Below, in pieces: positions 49,301-60,980 of a DNA stretch of 64,000 nt; within the stretch, counting starts at the first letter, position 1, and every line of letters begins with the position of its first letter. Under the pieces are notes generated by a model. The model did not search any database and had not been told where the DNA came from. It worked only from the letters and a program-made list of their open reading frames with translations. Origin of the DNA: Epithemia pelagica. Its lineage: Eukaryota; Protista; Bacillariophyta. Location: the NCBI GenBank assembly GCA_946965045.2, contig OX337228.1:1054001-1118000 (forward strand), read 5' to 3'. Position numbers and translations under genes: made by a program.

Positions 49301-52045
49301 GACCCGGCAGCGCACCGATTACGCAATTTACTGTGCCCTGCCGCGAGGCCGAAACTTGTTTTTGGCGAGGGAGCAGAAGATTGCGTTGTTCGAGTGAGTG
49401 GTACTCAATATTCTGGTTTTGATCTTTTAACGGAGAAAATTGTGAATATCGCAACTGGACGATATCGAGGTCGCTGGATGTATCCCATCTTCCATGGACA
49501 TGTTGGTACACGTATTCCACGGATGCGGTTACAAGTGCGAGACGCTGTACGAGGAATGCGTGATCGTTTCAAGGTGGTCGAATGGGGTTACTTTATCAAT
49601 AAGATTCGAGAGAGTTTCAATCTTAGCTCTGTGGAAGACATATCGGATGCATTGCATTTCTTGACCAGCATTGGAGAACTCTCATATTTTGGAAGTGTGA
49701 TGGCGATGAATAATAGTCGAGTAGGAAAATGCAATATGGAAGTTGAAGAAAAAGCAATGCTCGACAACAGTGCCGGAGTAGAACCAGATATGGAACATGC
49801 TCAGGAAAAGATGGCAGACGAAGATGATGATGACCTCGATGACGAGGCCGTTCTTTCCATGGACGAAACAAGCATCACAGCACCGGGTACCGAGGATGGT
49901 TCACTCTCAACCGTTGAAGATTTCATGGCTAGTGGCTTATCTCAGTTTGTTTTCCTGAATCCCCGTTGGCTTGTCGCGGCTGTGGCATGTATATTACGAC
50001 ATGATTTGGATAGAGAAATTAAAGAAACTCGTCGTGTCTTGGAAGGAAAACAACCACTGGATCGGGCCGGTAGCTTTCAGGAAGCTTCGCTGAACTGCCC
50101 AGTCATTACGGCAGATGATGCAATGATGCTTTGGCAAGCCAAGAAAATAACGAAGAAGGCTGCTGAGCGTGCACAAGCCCATTCCAACAACATGACTGTG
50201 ACACCATTCGAATTCCTCCAACTTCTCTTGATTCGGTTTGGTGTCTTTGTTCCAATCGATTTAAGTATTGAGAAGGCCCTTCTTGGTGGGAAGGAATACG
50301 CTAGATTGGTCGATAGCATCAAAGGCTCTTCGTCGAAAGAAACAGATCTACCCCCCGAAGATGTGACAGTGGAACTCACTAACGAAGAGCTTGCGTTGAA
50401 GGCAAAATTCTTCTTCTTGCCCAGTTTACTTGGGCCTGGAGAACCAAGTGAGGTGTGGACCTACAAAAACTCGGAATCATGGAAGACAACATTGTGCCAC
50501 TCGGTGCTCTTCCCAGATGGTGTTCCACCGGGGTTGATGGAAAGACTGACAGCGAGCGTTCTAAGCTCTGTTTACGCTGTGTCGAGTCGACAAACAGAAA
50601 CACCAGGAAATGCGAGTAGTGACTCTGCAACATATGAAGGGCGGCTCACTGTGCGTGAGGTCCTTTGCTGGAGGACAGCTTTCTTCTTGAAGCTTGGGAC
50701 TGTTGTCGTTGGCGAGGATGGTTCACAAAGAGAAAGCATCGTCGAAATCTTCTGTCACTTAGCAGAACGTGAATCTCATCTCTGCGTCGGATCCGATTAC
50801 ATGGCAGTTGGGACGCGAAGGATCATTGTGAGTGGTAGAGGCCAGGTTGGCGATGGCGGACGAAAAATATGGAAGGGTGGCTACCTTTTGGTGTGCAAAT
50901 GTGTTACACGAGTGATGGAGGGGTATGGTGGTCTCGAATACGAAATTCAGGCGTTCTGTCCAGATTGCCTTGCCAAGAAATCGGTGAGCGAAGCGAGCTG
51001 GTGGGAATTCACAACAATACGAGCAGCTGTTAGGAATGCGGAACCCACTTTAAGATGTCAACACCACGGGCATGTAGTCGACACGCGATTTGTGGCTGGT
51101 CCAGTTGATTCCTTGCAAAAGCAAAGAGAAACTCTTCCCGCTTCTCCAGAACCGGACCCGGTATCCGTCCAAGAAATGCTAGGAGCGGTGGTTTTGGTCG
51201 GTCTTTGGGACGGCAAGTCAAGGAAGGTAATCAGGGCGGGGTCCGGTGTTATTGTAGATAGGAAACGTGGATTGATCGTAACGGCAGGACACACACTCAT
51301 GAATATTTGGGGTGACAATAAGTATCCCTTTGGTGAGAACTACTACGGCCTTCCTCAAGGCAAGGTTGTCATTGGTGTTATACCCGAACACGAAGATGTC
51401 CGGTCGAAGAAGAAGGGTATGGCAGTTTTTCGATATTTCGCCAAGATCGTTGCTAAAGATTCGAGCTTCGAAAAGGGGGAATGTCAGTTAGATGCCTGCG
51501 TATTGCGTATAACTACAAAAATGGAAAATGATGTTGGTGGCAATGGAGAAGAGTGCGGAGATCAACCAGAGATCATTCTTCTCAACAATGAGAAAGCCTT
51601 CCGGGAAGAGAACCTGAAAGTCTTGAAGATCTCCGCGAATGAATGTGAACTAGATGATCAAGTGAGAATACTTGGATTCAATCAAGGTGGAGAGGGTTTA
51701 TTGGGCCCAGGTGAAAGTCTGAATCGATTTGTAGATTTTGCCCGTGGTTATGTTTGCAAAAAGTTTGTGAGTTCAGGAGAAAAAGAAGCACAACCGATTG
51801 TGATGCCTGGGAGAACCGCAGGTCGTGATTTCTTCAATCCTCGAGAAGAAATTGCGGTTATTTGTCCAACGATTGGCGGTCACAGTGGCGGACCTTGTGT
51901 AAACCAACAAGGCGAAGTGATTGGCATTTTGAGTCGCGCCGATCCAGCCGACAGTCAACGCTGTTACTTGTCACCCGCTTCGGAATGGAAACCTCTGATC
52001 AAGCTGGCCAAAAAGTCGGACCGGAATTGGACAGGTGGTCTTTGA
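46333..52045 (+). CDS. Roco protein: LRR-ROC-COR, zinc ribbon, C-terminal trypsin-like peptidase; introns 46801-~46903 and 47765-47842
   Basis: LRRs (LHKLSLSGNPL, LEILNLGYNDI); ROC GMAMVGKTS, RTVGVDI, WDFAGQHVYHATH; COR FLNPRWL, LPSLL, PPGLMERL; CPDC..CQHH; protease IVTAGH, LDAC, GGHSGGP. Confidence 0.92.
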
Positions 52046-52441
52046 GTGCATCACCAAACGAGTCAAGGGAGATGGTATTCAAACTCCGGGTATTTGTAGA
52101 ATAGATTATTCATTACCCTTTCCTAGTGGACATAATCTTTGTGATTTAACCACAATATTATGAAACTAAAGAGGTACAAACAAAGTCATGTTCATAGCAT
52201 AGGGGTTTGGTTGTCAGGGTAATCGCTAGAGATTGAGAACCTCCATGTTGCATCTTGGACCGCTATACATTACAGTCATAATCTACACTAAGCTATACAC
52301 AGCGTTTTTCAAGAATGACAAGTGGCACATGGAACAGGGAATACTATTGAGAGTCCATGTTCCATGCAAAAAGGTAGGAGTACTCCGAAACGACCCAAAA
52401 TGTGTTTCAAGGTAGTTCCGGCCCAGACAATTCTCCTTCAT

Positions 52442-55400
52442 TTACAGAGCCTCGCTGTGGTCCATTGCGGATCCGGAACGAGTTGCTCCATCGGCCATGG
52501 GAGCAAAATGATAAAACATCCAAGGTCGTGTGCTCACCACACGGACTCGGCCTTGTTTGGTTCCATACACAAATCCATGCCCCGAATCTGGATGAAACCG
52601 TGCAATGTTGACGTCATCTTCTTTCGACAACATGGTGGATACTTGGCACATGTTGTGGTTGGAATGTGTGTGTCCACCATTGCCCACCAAACGAGCACTG
52701 TCCGCAGCACCACCACCACCATTCCTGGGAATGGTGGGTGTCGTGGCACGCAACCGATAAATGGAAGTTACGGGATGAAAAGTATCTCGTCCGTTGAGCG
52801 GTTCCCGAACACCATATCCAATCAAACAAAAGTTGGTGGATGGTGAAAATTTGACACAAGTTACAGCCGAGGCCTTGCCTCCATCCAAGGGACAGGCATC
52901 GAGCAATTGACCCAAACGTGGTTGATATCCCACAGCGACGGCCGGTAAGGGCAAGGACACGGGGGATATTTTTGTTGTATTGTTGTTGTTGTTTCGGAGT
53001 GGATCCTCATGTCCAGACAATCGCGTCCAAATCGAATCATCCAAGGGACTGGTATCCAAACTAATGGTCACGACGTGGGGTACATAACGCCCTTTTCGTG
53101 TTTGTAGTGGTACCGTAGACGATGTAATGGTCGAAAGAGGATGGGGTGGACGATAGGTGGTTGTAGTGGTTTGGTGGTGTACCACTGCCGTTTGCCTAGG
53201 GTGTTGGTTGGGAGGTGGATTGGCTCCTCCTCCCGGTGGAAGAGGAGGAGGGGAGGTTGCAGCTGCTTGGGCATTGCCATTATTATTTTGGGCTGTGGTT
53301 GTCGCTCGAATCGCCTCAGGGGTGGTAGTAGTGGTGGTGGCCACACCAAAGGAAAAGGATGGTTGACCAAACAACAAACTCGTACCAGCAGCAGCAGCAC
53401 CACCACCGGGCAAAAATCGACGACCCGGAGGAGGTGGAGGAGACAAGAGCATGGACGGTGATGAAATGGTGGGTTCGGGTGTGCGCGGCGCCACCTCTGG
53501 ATACAGGGCCGTGGGCGTCGTTGAACAAGCGGCCGACGATGATGACAAGCGCAACAAAGATCGTGGTGTGCCACTCTGGTGGCGTCCCATAGAACCATCC
53601 ATTGTGGGAGCCGCGAAATCCCCACCAAGCTCCTCCTCCTCTTGGCTATTGTTGGAATGTTGTTGTTGTACCAGAAACTGTTGGTACAATCGTTGCTGTT
53701 GTTCTTGTTGCTCTTCCAGTTTGGATTTTTGTTCGTACAAGACTTCTTCGTTGTGAACCAACTCCATGGCATTGTCGACACCATCGGGAAGCCAATATTC
53801 CACACAGGCACACAAGACTTTTCCATCGGGCGATACATCAAAACCTCCATCATTGTACAAGAGTGCTCGAGGAACAAACACTCGAGGCTATCGAATACAC
53901 CACACAGCAACAACCACACACAACGCAATAGAGGTTAGGGCTATCCACGTCACGACATGCACACACACAAGCCTCTCGTCTCTCGTCGTTTTGGTACGTA
54001 CATTACTGATTGGATACACTCGTGGTTGTTGTTGGGCCAGTGACCGTAACAAGGATGATGCATGGTTGGTAGAAGTACTACAATTGGGGGGTTTCACGGC
54101 CAGGTCCAACTGGAAATCCCACAAGCGCAAATAAAACGACGTCCCACCCGGTCGATTTCCTCGTCGAGCTTCTTCGGCGGAAGGAGGATTGACACCCCCA
54201 ATAATGAGTGTTTTGCCATTGGGTGGGAAATGAACACATCGTAACATGTGCCGTTGATCCATTTCCACCAACGTGGTAGTACTAGTGTTGGTCGAAGAGA
54301 GAGGATTGGAGGATGAACGGCTGTTCGTATGACTTTGTGTTGTTGTCGCACTCGTATCGGAATAGGACCGCGAAAAGTGCGGTCGAGACCCATTTCGTCG
54401 TCCCTGAAGCGTTTGGTTCTTGTTGCTGTGGTTGTGAGGTTCCGCATTTAGGTGTGGCACACTCCAAAAATGCAGTCGTGTGCCATTGGCAATGGCCAAC
54501 ACGGTCCCCGACGGATGAAAGGATAAACTAATAATGGCAAATTCCAATCGTACCATATGCAAACAAGTTCGTTCGGGCCAATTCCAAATGCGCACTTGAT
54601 GTCCCAAACAACCCGAGGCCACCAGGTTGGACCGGGTGGGATGAAATTTGACGGTCCACGGTGTGCGGGGATGACCCTCGAGGGATTGCAACAATCGTCC
54701 CGTAAGACAGGAGGCAATTTTGACGGAATGATCTCCATGCGTACTGGCCACGGCTTGACCGTCGGGAGAAAAGGCAATGGAAATGGTCGAGACGGCCCGA
54801 CTGCTGACGGGTCGGTGTCCGTGTTCGTCACGTTCGTCGTTGCCTCCTAAATGCGGTAAAAAGGCTGAATGGTATCCAACCGAGGAAATGTATTCGACAT
54901 AGTACACCAATTCGGAATGGATGGTGCACGGTCCCATTTCGCGATACGAAGAGGACGATGAGAGGGTGCTCAAGTTTTGTGGTTGTTGTGGTGGTGCTTG
55001 CAGTGGCGGTTTGGTGAGTTTGGGTTGCTCTTGTGACGACGACGTGTTGGGTTCGACGACGGTGGAGGATGTTGATCCTTCTCTCATTCGCGACTCCTCC
55101 TCCACATCATCATCATTGGGAGGCTGTGATGATGGTGGTGCTTGTGATTGTTGCTGTGGTGGTCGCGACGATGAAAAAGAGGAGGAGGGAGCGTTGGTAT
55201 GCAGAGAGACTGTATCAAAGACAGTCGAGGGCGATTCCACGTGACGCTCTTCTTCTTCTCCCGTCGCCGCCAATTCGGGTTCGGGTGTGGGAGGAAGCTG
55301 CTGATGCTTGCCCGTTGGATGCCATGGCCGACAAAAGGGCGCCACGGCTCGGACTCCTCGACATTGCCGATCGTACAAGGTTTCCAAAATAGATCGGGTC

Positions 55401-55768
55401 ATACCATTCGAATGAGGAATGCACCGTCGATGATCCAAAGATGCTTTCAAGATAGTGTGTCGAAAGGCGGCACCGGCTGGTCGGGGAGAAAGAGGAGAGG
55501 ACGATGATGATGATGAAAGAGATGTTCCTCCCGAGGAAGGAAGCGATGGGTTTTGGTTGTGGTAGGTTCTTCGTGTTCGTAGAGATGTCGCAGATCTTTG
55601 TCCCAGTACTAATCGAGGCGCCGCCGCCGCATTCGACGGAAGGTTACTGGTGACTCGTTGTCCATTATTATTCGAACTGGAAGATGGTTCGTCGGGTGGT
55701 CGAGAGGTCGAAGAAGCCGGCCCGTTGTTGTTTCGATTCGGTTGGTGGTCCATCACAAAGTTGTCCAT
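52442..55768 (-). CDS. AMBRA1: AMBRA1/DCAF3-like WD40 protein; intron 53888-54001
   Basis: STISIAFSPDG..ASTHGDHSVKI, GHPRTPWTVKFHP, ASGCLGHQVRIW, DVSPDGKVLCAC, NIARFHP..GFVYGTKQG; phase-0 GT-AG intron. Confidence 0.8.
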
Positions 55769-56408
55769 TATTGCAGGCTAATGTCTCGAGGAATGGCGGT
55801 TGTTGTATTGATATCTTGTTACTTCGTCGTCGGGGAGATGAGAGATTTCTACCCAAACAAAAAGGCCGTCGTTTTCAATTCGCCATGGTCGGCTCTCCCA
55901 TTAAATGGCACGGTGCGGAAGAGAAAGTAAGTACAATAGTATTGGGTTAGGTCACGCTGCTCTAAATTGTAGTGTATACATCGTGCCATGCCGGCGCCGT
56001 AAACAGTCTTGGTCCGTCTCGAGTCTACGAAGCACAAAGAGTATCCCCGCCGCACGAGCCGTCGGCCTTTGTGCATGTCTCGTACGAATCGGGCGTGCTC
56101 CTACACGGACGCGCGTGTCACCGAATGTCTCACCTGCGAGACATGAGCATCCCGGCTCTCGGAAGGCGCGCACAGAGCAAAGCTATGCCCATAGCTCACA
56201 CACTGGACAACCAGAAACAAGACCTCTAATACAGGAATACTCCTACTCCTACCTAGAAGTAGATCAAACGAAAAGTATCAGGACTGTAAAGTTTTATGTG
56301 CGGGAATATACTTCTACGATAGCAAGCATCTAGTTTCAAGGTATCTTGGTTTACCATTGTCTGTCAGAGTTGGGTTTTGTCGTGGCGAATCCTCCTCCCT
56401 TCTACACT

Positions 56409-58699
56409 CTAGAGCTGTTCGGTGATGGTTGGTTCCGAGACGGACTCTGTTTCTTCTTGTTCTTGTTGTTGTCGTCGCCAGGGGAGGCGTGGAAGCAGCT
56501 TTCGACGAATCCACGATTGTCGCGACGGTTTTCCAGTTTCGGTGGTTGTTGTCGTCGTTGTTTCGGATGCTGCGACAATGGCACTCGCCACCATGGCCTC
56601 GACCTGCTCTTGACTGGACCTGGATACAAGAGGCGGCGCGACGGTCACAACCACCGCATCCGCCGTTTCTTCTTCTTCTTCTTCTTCTTCTTTGAGTGGA
56701 ACCTTGGTTTGGTCCTCTTGTACTTGGACTGCAGGTTGTTCCAGTTCAACCTCCTCCTGGTCGTCATCTTGCTCATTACTGTCGGATTGGACTTGTTGTT
56801 GTTGTTGTTCCATTGCAACTTGTCCTGGTACTGCCTCGTCCATTTCATTTTCCTCGTACGGGGGAACCTCACAGAGTCCATCCAACAAACAGGCATCGGT
56901 CAAGACAGGAGCCGAGACCAAGGTTTCAATGCTGGTCACCAAGGAATAATCCAAAAAGGTTTTGGGTACAAGCCACAAGAGTCCCACCGCCAATCCACAA
57001 TACAAGCCATAGAGGGCCAATTCCGTCTGGACCAAGTCGGGACGACCCACTTGTTCCCAAATCATGTCGTCCTGGGACTGGAGGACAAGGGGGAGGGCGG
57101 CAAGATCGCGAGCCACAATTTGACTGGAATAAAACACCAATGGAGCCACGACAAACCAAGTATGTACTTTGATGGAATTCCGGTACAAGTCCGGTCCGTG
57201 TCGTCCAGCTGCACCAAACAAGGCTTCTTGATTTTCACGCGAGAGCGAGGGTGGCGAGGGACCCTCGGTGTTGTTGCCATTATCCTCCTGCTTACCTCCC
57301 ATGAGTGCCGTCGTGAAAAAGCTTTCCACGACATTGAACGGAAAGGGAGAGGACTGAAACTTGGCCAGTTGTTGCTCGTCTTGGTACCGTGGTGGCAAGA
57401 GCACGGCACTGCCTCGCGCGGCCGTGTCACGGACCAAGGTGGGGACCAACATGTGCTTGATTTGCACCATTTTCCAAAAATTCCAGACGCCCCAAATGGT
57501 GGCCATGGCCACAAAAAAGGAGGACGCCGTTACATAGCCGGTTGAAGAGAGAAATTCGCCACGCGATCCAAAGGCATTCGGTGAGGAGGCACTGACAATG
57601 TTGCGAGACAAATCAATGGACCGGCCTTGTGCCACAACCGGGATCAAAGGCAACCAGGTAAGCGGAGAAAGCTCCACCATTTCTTCCAAATTGTGCCCAA
57701 AGATTTTGACAAAGTAGTTTTCCAATTTAAAGGACTCTTCATTGACGATTCCAAACGTTTGAACCAAGCGTTCCCGGACCACCAAGGCTTCGGCCTTGGC
57801 GATTTCCTCTGTTCGTGTCAATTCTTCCCATAAGGAAGGCGGCTGTACCAAATCCAAGGCCAATTCAATTTCTTCTTCGCTCAAATGACCATCACCATCC
57901 AAATCCACCACGACACTGTCCACGTTTAATACTTCGGCAATTTCACCCAATTCGACCACACCGTCTCCATTCAAATCAAAGGCAGCCCGGGAAACCATCT
58001 CAATCGACTCCACTTGTTTGACAACGCTGGCCACGGTGACACCGGCAATGATAAAAAGGCAATGGCCACTTCGAAAAAGGCGGAATCTAAGAATTGATAG
58101 CTCTGCCATAGCAGTTTGAAATCGCCCAAAAACCGTTCACTGAATTGGCCAATGATAACACCCAAGGGTCCGTCCACTACCACAATGCCCAACAAGAGAC
58201 CGACAAAGCCCAGTCCACCCATTTCGACCAACATGGAATTGACGACGGGTTGCAAGGTTTCCGGCAACGAACTTCGAGCCGAGGTGATTGTCTTCTCCCA
58301 GCTGTAGAGCAAGGCCACAATGGACATCATAATGGACATGGACCAAAATACGGGATTTTGCAGTATGGGATCCAGAAAAGACATGGTGCGGATTCCATCA
58401 TCAGCCATGGACATGAGCCAGGAGTAGTCCACGAGAGAAGCTGGTGGACCAAGCAGTAAATCACTGGCCCCACTCACCACCATTTGGGGAACTATAATGG
58501 AAGAAATGATGGGCCTTCCTGTCGTTCTTCTTCTTGTTCCTGCATTGGAAAGGTGCGTCGACGAGGCGCTGAATCCATGGACCAACATGGCATTCTTCGA
58601 ACAAGAACTGGGCCACTCTTTCGATATGAAGATGAGACAAAGGAGAGAGAGGACGCCATACCTTTGTATCGCACGGAACATGTGCGGGCGGATCCTCAT
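56409..58699 (-). CDS. MLO-like multi-pass membrane protein with two EF-hands and a plastid-type presequence; one frameshift at ~58053-58057
   Basis: MLVEMGGLGFVGLLL resembles MLO ELMLLGFISLLL; FKLENYFVKIFGHNLEEMVELSPLTW resembles MLO F.F..Y...LE.DF..VVGIS..LW; EF loops DLNGDGVVELGE and DLDGDGHLSEEE. One extra base in an A5 run joins the two ORFs. Confidence 0.65.
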
Positions 58700-59041
58700 C
58701 ACACAATCTCTATCCAAGGCGAAGCAGTTGGCAGTGGAAGCGTTTGTGACAAGGTAGTCAGCGTTCAACCGCGGCGTCTCTTCACCCTTCAGCAATATGG
58801 ATGGTTAAGAGTCGTTGGAGTTGTTGCTCCTAGTAGAGAATGACAAGCCTTTCAATTTCAATGCGACATGAGACAGCAGACATCATGCATTGCACAAGTG
58901 CAATTACTACATTCAGCAATTAGAGTTGCATCTCTCGCTTTTTTCTATTTTGCGTTTCTCTCGTTCCGCTGTCCACCAATAAAAATCCCGTCGATGTTGG
59001 TCGTCATCCGGATTCGTGGTTCGTGGTTCGTGATGGGCTTG

Positions 59042-59210
59042 TGAAAAGGGTGCGACCTAATGGAGACTAGCCTAGAGCTGACTCAAAAGGTCCTACGTCA
59101 CCTTGCCCAACCAGCCTCACACTTGGACTGACGCACTACTTGCATATCTTTTAGGAACGTACGAACTAGTTAACCTTCTATCATAATTTTTCCAATTCAT
59201 CCCCTTTTCA
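59042..59210 (+). repeat. 5' LTR of element B (169 bp)
   Basis: TGAAAAGGG..CCCTTTTCA perfect 9-bp terminal inverted repeat, directly followed by the PBS. Confidence 0.85.
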
Positions 59211-59233
59211 GGTTATGAGCCCAAGTATCACGC
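59211..59233 (+). promoter_or_regulatory. Primer-binding site of element B (half-tRNAiMet type)
   Basis: GGTTATGAGCCCAAGTATCACGC; resembles the copia PBS GGTTATGGGCCCAG. Confidence 0.85.
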
Positions 59234-59404
59234 AATAAAGCCTGTTGCGATAAGACCATAACGATTTCGGTGGACCAGTTCAAGCGTTCGACGTTGAGGA
59301 AATCCGTCTGAACGGCCGTTGAAGTCCAAGACCTACCAGTTTCGATAGCCAGTGTTGCATCGAAGAAGCAAGAACCAGGTGGTTTCGTTGCGATTTTCCA
59401 GTGA

Positions 59405-60980
59405 ATGGAAACGATAGCTGACTTCCTCAGACTCGGAGCAGCTGCTAACAAAGAAGACTCTGACTCTTCAAGAATTCCAGGCTGGTCCTCTGACGAATCA
59501 AGCTTAAGTAGTATTGAAACAATGAGTACTAAGGTCGTTATAAACGGAGAAGAGGTTGAAGTGAATACCAGTGCCACTCCGTCCCAAGATGTGGAAACAG
59601 CCCTGTTCAAGAAAGAAGACCGTGAAGGAATGGGCGCAGAGAAGCGCCAAGAACTGTTCTCGAAGGCTGCCGCTTCGACCCCTGCCAAATTCGATCTGCT
59701 CTCAGCCAATATCACAGACGTGAAACAGCTGGAAGAGTGTTATAATCTTAATTTGATGGTTTCCCGTCTTAAGAGTCAACATATCATCTATGACATGCAC
59801 GACGTGTTCACGATTGTTACACCCGATGGTACAGGACCAGACACCAGACCTCAAGACAGACGCTCCTCCGAAAGACTTATATACGTACTATGGAGAGCTT
59901 TCTGAAGAAGACGTTGCTGCCAGTAATGAGTGGTACTCAACTTGGCCAAGAAAGTCCTGGTATCGTGAAAATTTGATGCTCACGGCGAAGCAACTTGAAG
60001 CAAGCATGAAAAATGCCCTTTGGACGAAAGTCTATGAACGGTATAAACGGTATAAGACCGAGCAACAAGGAGGTCCCTTACTTTTCGTCATCATGATGAA
60101 ACTACTTGTTACCCATACGGAACAAGCTACGAAGACGCTAGTAGACACTGTTGAGAATCTTAAGATCTCTAAAGTTCGCGGTGAGAACGTCTCGAAAATT
60201 GTGAGCCTTATCCTTGGCGCACATGAGCGATTGGAAGCTATTGCGAATGTCCCCGACGACTTCTCTAAAACTGTTCTAAAAGTTCTACAGACTAGTTCTG
60301 TGGATCAGTTCAACAAAGTCTTTGAACTAATCGAGAGTCAAGCACGAATCGCCGGTGCTCTGTCACGATCTACACCCTCTACCCAAGCTCAATTCGAGAT
60401 CCCTTCTGTTGAAGCCTTGTTGGATCTAGCCGAACAAGAGTACCTCTCATTGTGCCGTTCCAACGACTGGACGGGCATCAAGACACGAGGAAGTCCCTCG
60501 ACCTTCACAGCTGGTGGTACCAAGACCGATTCTAGTGGCCGTAAGTGGAAGCCCGTCTGCTGGAACTGCGGTGGCGAGCATACGATAAAGGATTGTCCCA
60601 AGCCCAAAAATGAAGCCTTGATCGAAGCCAACCGCCAAAAGTACAATGCCAAGAAGAAAGCTCGCGAAAATGGATCGGGTGATCGTTCTCGCACCTCCAC
60701 CAAATGGCGTCCCCCATCGTCTGACGAGCACGGCAAGCGAGTCATTGATGGCAAGACCATGTACTGGGATGCCTCTTCCAAGCGTTGGAACAAGACTCAA
60801 GGGAATGTCGCGACTGATGACGACACCACTCCAACCGACAAGACCACCCAAGTGCAAATTGCTGGCGCTACTGCCAATGTTGCCTCCACTGGAACCACCG
60901 GAACGACGAATGCCCAATCTCGTCGCGTACTTGAACGCACCCTGGAGTCTTTGATGACCCAGGTGCAAAACCTCTCTTGA
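59405..60980 (+). pseudogene. Gag of element B, frameshifted by a 7-bp tandem duplication
   Basis: ACCAGAC duplicated at 59836-59842 and 59843-59849; removing one copy gives a continuous ORF collinear with Gag A. Knuckle CWNCGGEHTIKDC. Confidence 0.88.

Noticed and set aside
20809-55768. Apparent cluster of trafficking/autophagy genes (DENN, PX kinase, SNARE, Roco, AMBRA1-like)
   Set aside because: These classes are abundant and unrelated genes are interspersed; no evidence of co-regulation without synteny data.
56346-57545. Long antisense ORFs (399 aa here; similar ones opposite the kinase and transposase)
   Set aside because: Shadow ORFs of real genes on the other strand with low-complexity codon use.
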